A DNA stretch of 64,000 bases from Capsulimonadaceae bacterium. GTDB taxonomy: Bacteria > Armatimonadota > Armatimonadia > Armatimonadales > Capsulimonadaceae. A program made the translations under genes and the position numbers. The notes beneath the pieces are model-generated. The model had not been told where the DNA came from. It made no database searches and saw only the letters and a program-made list of their open reading frames with translations. Positions 26,032 through 35,762 of the stretch are shown here, piece by piece. Each line of letters starts with the position of its first letter. Positions within the stretch are counted from its first letter, which is position 1. The DNA is taken from NCBI GenBank assembly GCA_965215505.1, contig OZ244065.1:192001-256000 (forward strand), written 5' to 3'.

Positions 26032-27350
26032 GGTCGTGTCCCTTCTCCTCGCAGGCGGCTGATCTGAAACCTGCCGTCCGGCAGCAGCGAAATGAATGCC
26101 TTCGCGCCCGGATGGTAACACTCCGGTTTCAGGTCAGGCTCCGAGTGCAGCCGCTCCCCCGTCTTCGTGTCCCAGACCGTGGTTCCGTGTTCCTCGGAGA
26201 AGGCGAACAGGTAGCTGTCAAACGCAATCTCACCCTCCGGCCCCGCAAACCAGCCCGACTCCTTGCCGCTCGCTACGGCGAAGACCCGGACTGCCGGGAT
26301 GATGAAGTCGTCATCCTCGCCGTATCCCCAGACCGCCAGCGTCTGTTCGTCAAGCCAGCAGAGCGGCTTCCCCCAGAAATAATCTCGCCAGCAGAGGACA
26401 CGCAGGGAGGGGCCATCTTCCGATTCCCAGACGCTCTCCTCCACCCACTTCCGCAGGCTCCAGGTGCGTACCGCGCCGACCGGGTGCCACACCCACCCAT
26501 TGTCCGCGATCCACTCGCCGTTCGGGGACGTCAGGAGGCCGGCGTGGAAATAGTCCAGGTAGTGAGTGGGCCGCGCCTCGCCGGTCCGATACGCGGTCGG
26601 CCCGCGCTCGGTGAGCAGTTTTCCCATGCGGGGATCAGACACGTCCAGCCGGTTCCAGGCCGTCGCGTGGACGAGCAGCGTTCGGCCGTTGAGGCTGACG
26701 AAGCTCACGGGGAACCGGCAATGCGCCGTATGATAACTGCCACGTTCCAGCCGCATCGTCACCACGCCGGATGTCAGGTCTATGACGACTCCCCGCTGAC
26801 CGAAAGGGTTGACCACGGCAGCCAACCCCCCGTCCTGCGAAAGATGGAGGGAGATTTTCGCCGTCAAGTCCACGTCGGCACCAAGAACCCGCGCTAGAGG
26901 CGTCACGAGCCGTGCCGCCAGATCAACCCGGTGAAGTTCCCCTCCCTCGGTAAGAGCGATGCACACCGGCGTGGGACCGGCGCTAACAGCCTGGAATGCC
27001 AAGATGGCTCCGCCGAGCGGCTGGTCGAGAGTCACTATCTCATGGGAGAAGGATAGGCCGGAAGAGCGCTCAAGAATTTCAGGGCGTCCGAGTACCCCTA
27101 ACAGGCCGCGTTCGTCCCCGAAGCCGGTGAGACAGTCAAGACAGATCTCACGGAGAGGAGTGACGGCGTCCGCCGGGAGCTGCCCGCAGGCGGGGCAAAC
27201 GAAGTCATACAGGAGGCCTTGGCCGATGAACCTTTGGTAGTAATCCAAAGTGCCGTCCGCTAAGAGGTGTTCGCATACCCCGCGCTTCTCCGTGGCCTCA
27301 GCGTGTGAGCATCCAGAAGATTGGATTGCCGGCGTCTCATCGTTGCTCAT
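26028..27350 (-). CDS. Hypothetical protein (N-terminal Cys/His cluster, beta-rich C-terminus)
   Basis: ATGA overlaps at both ends; CSH, CEH, CPAC, CLDC, then a Trp-rich beta-like region. Confidence 0.7.
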   Translation of the reverse strand: MSNDETPAIQSSGCSHAEATEKRGVCEHLLADGTLDYYQRFIGQGLLYDFVCPACGQLPADAVTPLREICLDCLTGFGDERGLLGVLGRPEILERSSGLSFSHEIVTLDQPLGGAILAFQAVSAGPTPVCIALTEGGELHRVDLAARLVTPLARVLGADVDLTAKISLHLSQDGGLAAVVNPFGQRGVVIDLTSGVVTMRLERGSYHTAHCRFPVSFVSLNGRTLLVHATAWNRLDVSDPRMGKLLTERGPTAYRTGEARPTHYLDYFHAGLLTSPNGEWIADNGWVWHPVGAVRTWSLRKWVEESVWESEDGPSLRVLCWRDYFWGKPLCWLDEQTLAVWGYGEDDDFIIPAVRVFAVASGKESGWFAGPEGEIAFDSYLFAFSEEHGTTVWDTKTGERLHSEPDLKPECYHPGAKAFISLLPDGRFQISRLRGEGTRP

Positions 27351-29575
27351 GCCCTTGTCTCCGTCTGCAATCCTAACAGCCGCGCCACCAGCGGCAGCAC
27401 GGCGTCCGCCCGTGCCTGGTCGAACAGGTCCAATGCCTCGGCGGCAGTCGCCTGAATGGCCTGCCCCTGCTTGACGCGCTCGCCCATCTGTCGGCGCTCG
27501 GGGGCGGCGAAGGTGGCGAAGGTCCGGCGCAGGAGCGGGAGCAGGGCGGAGAACGAGTCGCCCGCCAGGCCCGAGACCCAGCCGTCCAGGACGGACCAGA
27601 GCGTCTTGTCGTGCAGCAGCAGTGTCCCGCTGCCCTTCAAAAAGCCTTCCACCCAAGCGGCGGCCTGGGGTGGGTCGGCGGCGGTGGAGAGGGCCAGGCC
27701 CATCCGCCGGGCGGCGTCGTCCGCCGCCAATGCGCCCGCGTCCAGAAGAAGCCGGACGCAGCGGCCCGCGATCAGGCCGTGCAGGCCGTGGGGGGCGGTT
27801 CGGTCGGCCATCTTGGTCAACGTCTCGTGCCAGAGGGCGCGCTGGGTGTCGTCTTGCAGCAGGCCGATGGCGGCGTGGACGGCGACGATGTGGCCGTCCA
27901 TGGCGGCGGCGGCCTCGTCGTTCAGCGAGGCGCACGCGCCGGGCAGGCCGATGGCGATGCGCGTGACCAGGCCGTCCACGATGTGGCCGACCGTGCCGGT
28001 GTCCGTCTGCCGGACGTTGCCGTAGCGGAGGACCTGGGCCAATGGCGGCAGGGCACCCATCAGGTGCCCGACATCGCTTGCCAATGCGGCCTCGGCCTCT
28101 AAACGGGCCATGACGTGATGCACGGCGTCCGGCAGGTCGGCCAGCAGGACGCGGTCCAGCAGGGATGTCAGCGCGGGCAGGTCCGGCGCTTTGTCGGCCT
28201 GACTACGCGCGGAGGAGGCCGAGGCGTCCCGGACCGTGTTGCCCCAGAACCCCGCCTCGATCACCTTGACCGCGAACTCCGGCTGCCACTGGAGTCGCCA
28301 CAACTCGTGGAACGTCCCCTTGCCCCCGCCCCCGCGCTGGGCGGAACCCCACGGGATGCCGAGCAGGGACAGTCGGTGCAGCAGGCCGCTCTTGTCCAGG
28401 TCGGCGGGCTTGCGTAGGTCTAGATCCAAGTCACGCTGGGCGGCCTCGGGCGGCAGGCGCAGGCGCTTCTGCTCGCGGGTGAGGTCCTGCTGGAGCGGCA
28501 CGGTCGGCGTCTCGTCCGGGACCGCGCCCAGGGTGTCGCTGACGATCAGCTTCTCCCAGATCAGGCGCATCGGGAGGTCGCTGCCGAAGCAGAAGACGGA
28601 CTGCGTCGCCTCGTTCATTTCGGGCAGGCCCGGCAGGGGGCGGCCCCGCAGGGCGGCGAGAGTGTCGGCGAGCCGGACACCCTCGATGACGCTGGCCGGG
28701 GAGGCGTCCAGGTCCTGCTCCCGCAGCAGGTGGGCGACGCGCGACATCCAGTGGACCGAAACGTCGTCCGGGTGTTCCCACAAATGGTGATACCAGCCGG
28801 GCGACTCGATCCCCGCCCCGTAGCCGCCGCTGTAGGAGAGCCGCCCATACGTCCACGGCACCCAGGTCGCCGACACCTTGGCCTTCGGCAGCCCCGCCAG
28901 TGTCTCGGCGTCCGCCTTGGCGGGCGGCATCGAGGCGAGGGCCGGGCCGTGCCATGCGCCGCAGACCACGGCGATGCGCTCCTTGCCTTCTTTTTGGGCC
29001 GCCCGGATCGTCTGCCGCATCCAGGCTTCGCGGCGCTCCTCGCGCACGTCTTTGGGGTCGGGCGCGTCGGCCCTTACGGCGGCCATCGCTTCCAATATGC
29101 CCGCGAACAGGTCTTCGCTGTCCCGCCGCTGCTCGACCAGATGCTCCCACCACCGTTCGCCGTCGCTGTAGCCCGCCGCCTCCGCCAGTGCCCCCAGAGG
29201 GTCCTGCCGGACGGGCGGCGCGGCGGCCTCGGCGGACGGCTCCGGCTCGGCCTGTCCGAGCTGATAGGTCTGCGGCAGGTCCATGAACCGGACGGGGACG
29301 CCCTGTTCCAGCCCGTACTTGATCGCCTGCCACTCGGGAGAGAAGACGGCAAAGGGGTAGTAGACCGCCTGCTCCGGCTTGTCGGGCATGTAGAGCAGCA
29401 GGGCGACCGGCGGCTGCATCTGTTCGTGCGCCAGCAGCGGCAGGACGGCTTCGGCCTCGGGCGGCCCTTCGACCAGGATGACATCGGGCTGAAGTCGTTC
29501 CAGGGCCGACCTGACGCTCCGCGCCGAGCCGGGTCCGTGGTGCCGGATGCCGAAGATGTGAACGGTGTTGTCCAT
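27347..29575 (-). CDS. DUF5682 family protein (YehM-like)
   Basis: IFGIRHHGPGSA, VEGPPE, FSPEWQA, VVCGAWH, GYGAG, LLRRTF. Confidence 0.88.
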   Translation of the reverse strand: MDNTVHIFGIRHHGPGSARSVRSALERLQPDVILVEGPPEAEAVLPLLAHEQMQPPVALLLYMPDKPEQAVYYPFAVFSPEWQAIKYGLEQGVPVRFMDLPQTYQLGQAEPEPSAEAAAPPVRQDPLGALAEAAGYSDGERWWEHLVEQRRDSEDLFAGILEAMAAVRADAPDPKDVREERREAWMRQTIRAAQKEGKERIAVVCGAWHGPALASMPPAKADAETLAGLPKAKVSATWVPWTYGRLSYSGGYGAGIESPGWYHHLWEHPDDVSVHWMSRVAHLLREQDLDASPASVIEGVRLADTLAALRGRPLPGLPEMNEATQSVFCFGSDLPMRLIWEKLIVSDTLGAVPDETPTVPLQQDLTREQKRLRLPPEAAQRDLDLDLRKPADLDKSGLLHRLSLLGIPWGSAQRGGGGKGTFHELWRLQWQPEFAVKVIEAGFWGNTVRDASASSARSQADKAPDLPALTSLLDRVLLADLPDAVHHVMARLEAEAALASDVGHLMGALPPLAQVLRYGNVRQTDTGTVGHIVDGLVTRIAIGLPGACASLNDEAAAAMDGHIVAVHAAIGLLQDDTQRALWHETLTKMADRTAPHGLHGLIAGRCVRLLLDAGALAADDAARRMGLALSTAADPPQAAAWVEGFLKGSGTLLLHDKTLWSVLDGWVSGLAGDSFSALLPLLRRTFATFAAPERRQMGERVKQGQAIQATAAEALDLFDQARADAVLPLVARLLGLQTETRA

Positions 29576-29589
29576 TGTTGTGTTGCTGT

Positions 29590-29847
29590 CTAGATCAGTC
29601 CGAATTCTTCCAGGGGCCACGGCTCATCGTCGCGGGTCTGCCAGTCGTCGCCCCGGTTCTCCCAGAGTGCAATCAGCCCCAAGAGGTAGAGCGGATCTTC
29701 CGCGACGAACTCGTTTCCTTCACGGGTGGCAATCAGGAGAACTTCCCCGTCGTGTGCGGAAGAACGCTGGACGCGGACCTGATAGCCTCTGGCTTTCAGC
29801 ACCAGGAGGGCCGGGTTGAGCGTGTTGCCGGCAGTAGCGAGTCGCAT
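29590..29847 (-). CDS. Hypothetical protein
   Basis: 85 aa with GAGGT RBS, co-oriented within the operon. Confidence 0.6.
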   Translation of the reverse strand: MRLATAGNTLNPALLVLKARGYQVRVQRSSAHDGEVLLIATREGNEFVAEDPLYLLGLIALWENRGDDWQTRDDEPWPLEEFGLI

Positions 29848-29863
29848 GGGTGATGACCTCGTG

Positions 29864-30172
29864 ACCGGCCCTTCAGGGCCGGTCTACTAACGGGCAAAAG
29901 CCGCTCCGCGGCTGAAGAGGCAGGCCGGATGAGGGCGGGGGGACCCCGCCCCTACTGGATGGCGTAGGGGCGCCGCTTGCCGCGCCCTCTTTATTCTGCC
30001 GCGCCCTCTTTATTCTGTCCTGAGGCGCGGCGCGGCTTTGCTCCTTTAGTAGCCCGGCCCTGAAGGGCCGGGGACGAAGGAGGGCGCGGCAAGCGGCGCC
30101 CCTACGAGTCTACAGCGCGCCCGCCCATGTAGGGGCGCGATTCATCGCGCCCTCTTTCCAGAACGCGCCCCT
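29864..30172. repeat. Mosaic cluster of GTAG-type REP palindromes
   Basis: Copies at 29864-29887, 29931-29955, 29964-29988, 30049-30072, 30081-30105 and 30129-30153, in alternating orientation. Confidence 0.85.
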
Positions 30173-30179
30173 TCCCTCT

Positions 30180-31262
30180 TTAGTTGCTCACCTCGCGGCA
30201 GGCGCGGTAGAGGTCCTTCCAGCCATCGCGCTCCTTGACGACCGTTTCCAAATACTCGCGCCAGACGACGCTGTCCTGGACGGGGTCCTTGACGACCGCA
30301 CCGAGCAGGCCGGAGGCCACGTCGCCCGCGCCCATGCGGCCGTCGCCGAAGTGGGCGGCGAGGGCCAGGCCGCTGTTGACGACCGAGATGACCTCCGCCG
30401 TGCTGAGCGTACTGGTCGGCGACTTGATCTTGGTCTTGCCGTCCTCGGTGACGCCCGAACGCAGCTCGCGGAAGACGGTCACGATGCGCCGGATCTCGGC
30501 CAGGGCGGGCGGCTCGGCGGGCATTTCTAACGCACGGCCCAGGCTCTCGACGCGGCGCTGGACGATCTCGACCTCCTCGGCCATGGTCGCGGGCAGGGGC
30601 AGGACCACCGTATTGAAGCGGCGTTTCAGGGCACTAGACAGGTCGTTGACGCCCTTGTCCCGGTCGTTGGCCGTGGCGATGACGTTGAACCCGCGCGTCG
30701 CCTGCACCTCGGAGCCGAGTTCGGGGATGGGCAGAGTTTTCTCGGAGAGGATCGTGATGAGCGTGTCCTGCACGTCTGCGGGGATGCGGGTCAGCTCCTC
30801 GACGCGGGCGATCTTGCCCTCCCGCATGGCGCGCATCAGGGGGCTTGGGACGAGGGCCTTGTCGGACGGACCCTCGGCCAGCAGGCGGGCGTAGTTCCAG
30901 CCGTAGCGGACGGACTCCTCGCTGGTCCCCGCCGTGCCCTGGATGAGCATGGTCGAGTCGCCCGAGATGGCCGCCGACAGGTGCTCCGAAACCCAGGTCT
31001 TCGCCGTGCCGGGCGACCCCAGCAGCAGCAGGGCGCGGTCGGTGACGAGCGTAGATACGGCGATCTCGATGACGCGGCGCGCGCCGACATACTTGGGCGT
31101 GATCTCCGTCCCGTCGTCGAGGGTGCCGCCGAGCAGGTACAGGGACACGGCCCACGGCGAGAGCTTCCACTGGGCGGGGCGCGGGCGCTTGTCGGCTTTC
31201 GCCAGGGCGTCGAGTTCGTCGGCGAACTGCTGCTCGGCGTGTTCGCGCAAGAGTGCGGTCAT
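30180..31262 (-). CDS. MoxR-like AAA ATPase (YehL-like)
   Basis: GSPGTAKT Walker A, RVEELTR, ATAN, SSALKRRFN. Confidence 0.9.
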   Translation of the reverse strand: MTALLREHAEQQFADELDALAKADKRPRPAQWKLSPWAVSLYLLGGTLDDGTEITPKYVGARRVIEIAVSTLVTDRALLLLGSPGTAKTWVSEHLSAAISGDSTMLIQGTAGTSEESVRYGWNYARLLAEGPSDKALVPSPLMRAMREGKIARVEELTRIPADVQDTLITILSEKTLPIPELGSEVQATRGFNVIATANDRDKGVNDLSSALKRRFNTVVLPLPATMAEEVEIVQRRVESLGRALEMPAEPPALAEIRRIVTVFRELRSGVTEDGKTKIKSPTSTLSTAEVISVVNSGLALAAHFGDGRMGAGDVASGLLGAVVKDPVQDSVVWREYLETVVKERDGWKDLYRACREVSN

Positions 31263-32854
31263 GGTCGTGTCTCCTTGGATATCTCGTGCAAAAGGTCGTG
31301 GCGGAACTGTAAGGTTGTGACGAACTCGTGAATGGGGGCTTCCCAGTGCCGCTGGACTTCGGACAGGTAGGGCCACCCCGCCGCCATCTCTTGACTGAGC
31401 GCGGGCGGCACACGGCAGGCGAACACTGGCAACAGGCGGAGGCTGTGCCAGGCAGTCTGATTCTCCTTCATCCCCTGTACAATTCGCTGGCGGAGACTGG
31501 CGATAACCGCTCGCGACAGCTCGGCGCTCCACGGCTTGGTGTGCGACTGGAGCAGAGGCAGGGCGGGGTGTTGGTCATGGAGCGGGACGGGCGCGTCTTT
31601 CCCGAAAAGGTTCGCTTTAGGGATAAGCTGCTCCAGGATGAGTCGATCTAAACCCGCCGCGGGGATTTCGGCCAGGGCCGGCTGAAGTGCCTGCTGGCGT
31701 CGGTAAAGGTCCGTCTGGACGGTTTGGCCGGGGCCACCGTAGAGGAGCGCTAAGAGCCAGTCCGCGTCCGGCCAGCGACGTACTGCCAGCTCCCACCCCC
31801 GCCGCAGAAGGGAGGACCACTCGGTCTTGTCGGCGGCCCCTACTATCTCCTCCGGCTTGCGCCGCCAGGTCTGAGTCCAATAGTCCGGCGGGATCGTGCC
31901 GATGATCTGGCACAGCCACCCAGCCTTATCGCCCATCACCTTATCGGGCGATTTCTCGGCAATCCCATCGCGCTCCATACCCGTGTCATAGTCTTCGGGC
32001 AGCGTGACTTCCAGCGAAAACTTGCCGAGCAGGGCGGACTTGCCGATGAGCAGAGGCTGAACGCGGGCGATCATGCGCCGCGTGTAGGCCGAGTCAGACA
32101 GACGGCTCAGGCACCGGAGGGCAGCCCGGCGTACCTCCTTGCCCCTGTCATCAAGCGCGGCCTCCAGGAACGGCTCGTCGGATAGGCTCAGGCCGGTGTC
32201 CAGGGCGGTGACGAAGGCGGCGCGGTCGTCAGCGGTTTCCCCGGCCCAGGTGGATTGGAGCAGGGCCAGACCGCGTGCCGGGTCGGTCTCGCGGAGCCGC
32301 GTCAAAGCTCCCAGCCGTGCCTCGCTGCCGCCTTCCGCCCAAGCCACTTCAGGCGACGCGGCGGTTTCGAGGATCAACTGGTCGGCCCAGGCCCACTCGC
32401 GGTTCTGCGCGGCCAGCCACCGCCCCCGGTTGCCCAGTACGGGAAGGATCGGGGCGCGCAGGTCTTTGGATTGGCGGCCCTGCTTTAGCAATTCAGGCAG
32501 CAGCAGGGCCGGGACGCGCCGGCCCACGGCGGCCAGCGCCGTCAGCATCTCGGGCAGCGCCTCGCGGTGCTTGCCGCCCAGCATCAGGGCGACGCCGTCC
32601 GCCACGCGCGGCCCGCAGACGGGGAGCGTCTCCGGCGGGCAGGCGGCGGGCGCGGGCGTGTCAATCGTCGGCGGCGTCGCCCCGGCCGACTGGAACAGCG
32701 AGACGGCGGCGGCGGCCCCCAGCAGTGCCGCTTCTGAGTCGGCGGGCAGGCGGGCCAGCAGTGCGCCCATCTCGCCCGGCGCGGCGGGCGGGGTGAACGG
32801 CTGCCGCCCGGTGCCGAGCAGAGCGGCCGTGGTGATGTCTTGCCAGAGGGGCAT
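31259..32854 (-). CDS. DUF5691 domain protein
   Basis: WQDITTAALLGT, GNRGRWLAAQN, DEPFLEAALDDR; lies between the SWIM and AAA genes. Confidence 0.8.
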   Translation of the reverse strand: MPLWQDITTAALLGTGRQPFTPPAAPGEMGALLARLPADSEAALLGAAAAVSLFQSAGATPPTIDTPAPAACPPETLPVCGPRVADGVALMLGGKHREALPEMLTALAAVGRRVPALLLPELLKQGRQSKDLRAPILPVLGNRGRWLAAQNREWAWADQLILETAASPEVAWAEGGSEARLGALTRLRETDPARGLALLQSTWAGETADDRAAFVTALDTGLSLSDEPFLEAALDDRGKEVRRAALRCLSRLSDSAYTRRMIARVQPLLIGKSALLGKFSLEVTLPEDYDTGMERDGIAEKSPDKVMGDKAGWLCQIIGTIPPDYWTQTWRRKPEEIVGAADKTEWSSLLRRGWELAVRRWPDADWLLALLYGGPGQTVQTDLYRRQQALQPALAEIPAAGLDRLILEQLIPKANLFGKDAPVPLHDQHPALPLLQSHTKPWSAELSRAVIASLRQRIVQGMKENQTAWHSLRLLPVFACRVPPALSQEMAAGWPYLSEVQRHWEAPIHEFVTTLQFRHDLLHEISKETRP

Positions 32855-32866
32855 GCGGGGCGTCTC

Positions 32867-34180
32867 CTAGAGCGCGGTGAAACGGCCATCCGTGAAGGCC
32901 GAAAGCGGCGAAAGCGCGTCGCCGTCCCAGGTGCCGAACAGCGCCAGCGGGTGCCCGCCGCTCAGGGCGAGCAGCCGCCAGCCCTGCTCGTCGGACACAG
33001 CAAGCGGCAGGAGCACGTCGTCCGAGTCGCGGACGATCCAGCGCACGCCGTCCCGCTGCGGGGTCACACCCGAGAGGGCGGCCGGGAACCGCTCCAGCCA
33101 AGGCAGGCGAGCCAGCGCGTCCGTGTAAGCGCCGATCATGTCCCGCAGGGAGGAGGAGCCGGGCAAGTCTTCAAGCGGGGTAGGGGCGCTGTGACGCGCC
33201 GCGACGAGGGCACGCAGGGGGTAGGCGCTTGGGTAAAAGGTGAGGTCGGCCTCAAGCCCGCTCCCCGGCACCAGCCCCGTTTCCAGGGCCTGACTGGCAT
33301 GGACGAACTGCAAAACTAAGGCGTCCCGCTCCGTCTCCCGCCCGTGAAGCCACGTCCGTTGGACGCGCAGGCGGTCTTCCTCTTCGACGCTTTGGCCCAG
33401 GACAAGCCACAGGTCGCGCACCGGCGGCCCGGCCAAAACGTCCTCTTCGCGGACCGTGAAGCCCAGGGCAGCGCGGACATCGGCCTGCGTGTCATCCGGC
33501 AGAGCGGCGATGTTTTGCCAGCCTTGAGCCAGCAGGTGCAGGCGGCCCAGGCGTTCCAGCAGCCGGTCGGCCCCGCCCCCTTCGCCCGTGGAAGCGCCAG
33601 CCAGCGCCCGGACCAGCCGGGCCGCGCCGGGTGCCTGGGCGTCTACCAGCCGGGCGGCCTGCGCGTCCCAGAACTTGTACGGCCTGGCGGGGGCGTCGGC
33701 CAGCCCCGCCCGGACCAGGTCGCGCAGCCAGCGGTCCATCTCGGTCAGCCCGGCCGTCACCTTCGCCTCGCGCCCCGCCGCCCGCTTGGCTTGGGCGGCG
33801 GGGTCGGCCTCGGCCTTCTCCGGCTTCGACGCCTTCTGTTCGGCCTTCTGCGCCCGGCCCCCCAGCCACTGCGACACCCACGCGGGCGGCTCGGCCTGAT
33901 CAAACGACTCCGGCTGCTTGTCCAGCAGGAGCAGCAGGCCCAGGCCGTGCTTGCAGGGGAACTTGCGGGAGGGGCAGGAACACTTGAAGGCAGGCTCGGC
34001 CAGCGCGACCTGCGTCTGATAGGGGTTCTTGCCGCTGCCCTGGCACTCGCCCCAGGCGGCGTCCTCGGTCGTGCCCAGCGTCACCCAGCTTCGGGCATTT
34101 GCGAGGGCCTGGCCGGACTTCGCCGAGGCAGCATCCGGGGCGAGTGCGAGTATCTGGGGTGCTGTCCATGTCGTTTTCAC
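32867..34180 (-). CDS. SWIM zinc finger protein
   Basis: LAPDAAS, GECQGSG, CSCPSRKFPCKH, RLVDAQAPG. Confidence 0.9.
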   Translation of the reverse strand: MKTTWTAPQILALAPDAASAKSGQALANARSWVTLGTTEDAAWGECQGSGKNPYQTQVALAEPAFKCSCPSRKFPCKHGLGLLLLLDKQPESFDQAEPPAWVSQWLGGRAQKAEQKASKPEKAEADPAAQAKRAAGREAKVTAGLTEMDRWLRDLVRAGLADAPARPYKFWDAQAARLVDAQAPGAARLVRALAGASTGEGGGADRLLERLGRLHLLAQGWQNIAALPDDTQADVRAALGFTVREEDVLAGPPVRDLWLVLGQSVEEEDRLRVQRTWLHGRETERDALVLQFVHASQALETGLVPGSGLEADLTFYPSAYPLRALVAARHSAPTPLEDLPGSSSLRDMIGAYTDALARLPWLERFPAALSGVTPQRDGVRWIVRDSDDVLLPLAVSDEQGWRLLALSGGHPLALFGTWDGDALSPLSAFTDGRFTAL

Positions 34181-34247
34181 AGCACCATTATCTCACAGAT
34201 CGCCCCCGAAGTCACGCCTTTTGCAGCAGCCGACAGACACGAATCGC

Positions 34248-34305
34248 CGGAATTCTCATCTGATGAGAGCGGCCCATCTGCTTGTCTCGCTTGATGAGAA
34301 TTCCG
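34248..34305. promoter_or_regulatory. Inverted/direct repeat operator candidate in divergent intergenic region
   Basis: CGGAATTCTCATC (34248-34260) and its exact reverse complement (34293-34305); palindrome TCTCATC-T-GATGAGA at 34254-34268. Confidence 0.5.
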
Positions 34306-34427
34306 CGAGATCGCGCAGCCGAGGCGGAGGGAAACAGCCTCACAGGCCGTCCGCATGTGCGATACTGGAGACGTGCCGCGCGGCGGACACACGAACAGCG
34401 AAGGTGTGGCGAGAAGGAGACCGGGAG

Positions 34428-34727
34428 ATGATGTGGAGACATGGCGACATAATGATCGCGGCGGTGGCGGCGATACCGGGCGGGGCCGAGCATCGGCCGA
34501 CCAGCGTACTGGCCTGGGGCGAGGTCACGGGGCACAGCCACCGGATCGAGGAGGCGGAGACGGCGGAAATACTGGAACTCCAGGGCGTGATGTACCTGAA
34601 CGTCACCGCGCCCCTCGCGCGGCTCGTCCATCAGGAGCACAAGCCGATCATCCTCCCGCGCGGGACCTACCGCTTCTGGTATCAGCGCGAGTATTCGCCC
34701 GAGGCGATCCGCCGGATCGTGGATTGA
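34428..34727 (+). CDS. Conserved small His-rich hypothetical protein (partner of DUF6745)
   Basis: RHGD, LAWGEVTGHSH, HQEH..I.LP.G.Y, QREY; AAGGAG RBS. Confidence 0.75.
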   Translation: MMWRHGDIMIAAVAAIPGGAEHRPTSVLAWGEVTGHSHRIEEAETAEILELQGVMYLNVTAPLARLVHQEHKPIILPRGTYRFWYQREYSPEAIRRIVD

Positions 34728-34737
34728 GGAGATCCCC

Positions 34738-35751
34738 ATGCAGACAAAAGCCACAAGCGGCGGCCACGTCTCCTACCGCGGGGACCACGCCCTGACCCAC
34801 CTCCCCTCCGGGCTGGCCGCGCGGAGCCTGGACCTGAGCGGCTGCGTCAACCTGCGCGCCCTGCCGGACGACCTTCGGGTCGGCCGGCTGAACCTGAGCG
34901 GCTGCAAGTCGCTCGCCGCCCTGCCGCCCGGCCTCTGCTGCTACGAGTTGGACGCGCGGGAGACGGGACTGGAAAGGCTCCCGCCCGACCTGCGCGTCGA
35001 GTACAAGCTGGACCTGAGCGGCTGTACCGCCCTCCGCATCCTGCCGACGGGCCTCAAAACCGGCTCGCTGCTCCTGACTGGCTGCACCGCCTTGGCGGCC
35101 TTGCCGGAAGGGCTGGACGTCTACTTCCTGGACATCTCCGGCTGCGCGCGGCTCAAGTCGTGGCCCGCCGAGGCCGCCGTCCGCATCGGGCGTCTGAATG
35201 CGCGTGGTTGCACCCAGATCTCCAGCCTGCCGCCCTGGCTGACGCATCTGGCGCAGCTCGACGTCCGGGGCTGTTCCGGCCTGAAGCGCCTGCCGGACGA
35301 CCTGCGCGTGAGCGCCTGGGTGGACATCGCTGATTCGGGGATCGAGTCCCTGCCGCCCGCCCTGGACGGCGCGGCCCTGCGCTGGCGCGGCATCCCGATT
35401 GACGCCCGCATCGCCTTCCAGCCCGAAACGATCACGGCGACCGAAATCCTAGCGACAACGAACGCCGAGCGGCGGCGCGTGCTGCTGGAGCGCAAGGGGT
35501 ACGAGAGGTTCATGGCCGAGGCCCAGGCGCAGACCTTGGACACGGACCGGGACCCCGGCGGCGAGCGCCGCCTGCTCCGCGTCCCGCTCTCCGGCGACGA
35601 GGACCTGGTCTGCGTTTCGGTCTTCTGCCCCTCCACGGGGCGGCAGTACATCATCCGCGTCCCGCCCCGCACCCGCACCTGCCGTCAGGCCTCGGCCTGG
35701 ATCGCGGGCTTCGACGACGCGGACGACTACAGGCCCATCGCCGAGACATGA
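34738..35751 (+). CDS. Leucine-rich repeat protein with C-terminal DUF6745-like domain
   Basis: Repeated LxLSGCxxLxxLP units, then NAERRRVLLE and CPSTGRQYIIRVPP...AW. Confidence 0.8.
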   Translation: MQTKATSGGHVSYRGDHALTHLPSGLAARSLDLSGCVNLRALPDDLRVGRLNLSGCKSLAALPPGLCCYELDARETGLERLPPDLRVEYKLDLSGCTALRILPTGLKTGSLLLTGCTALAALPEGLDVYFLDISGCARLKSWPAEAAVRIGRLNARGCTQISSLPPWLTHLAQLDVRGCSGLKRLPDDLRVSAWVDIADSGIESLPPALDGAALRWRGIPIDARIAFQPETITATEILATTNAERRRVLLERKGYERFMAEAQAQTLDTDRDPGGERRLLRVPLSGDEDLVCVSVFCPSTGRQYIIRVPPRTRTCRQASAWIAGFDDADDYRPIAET

Positions 35752-35762
35752 GGGGAAGATCA

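Noticed and set aside
29864-30172. Possible CRISPR array
   Set aside because: Repeats are heterogeneous, inverted and irregularly spaced, and there are no cas genes; REP-like instead.
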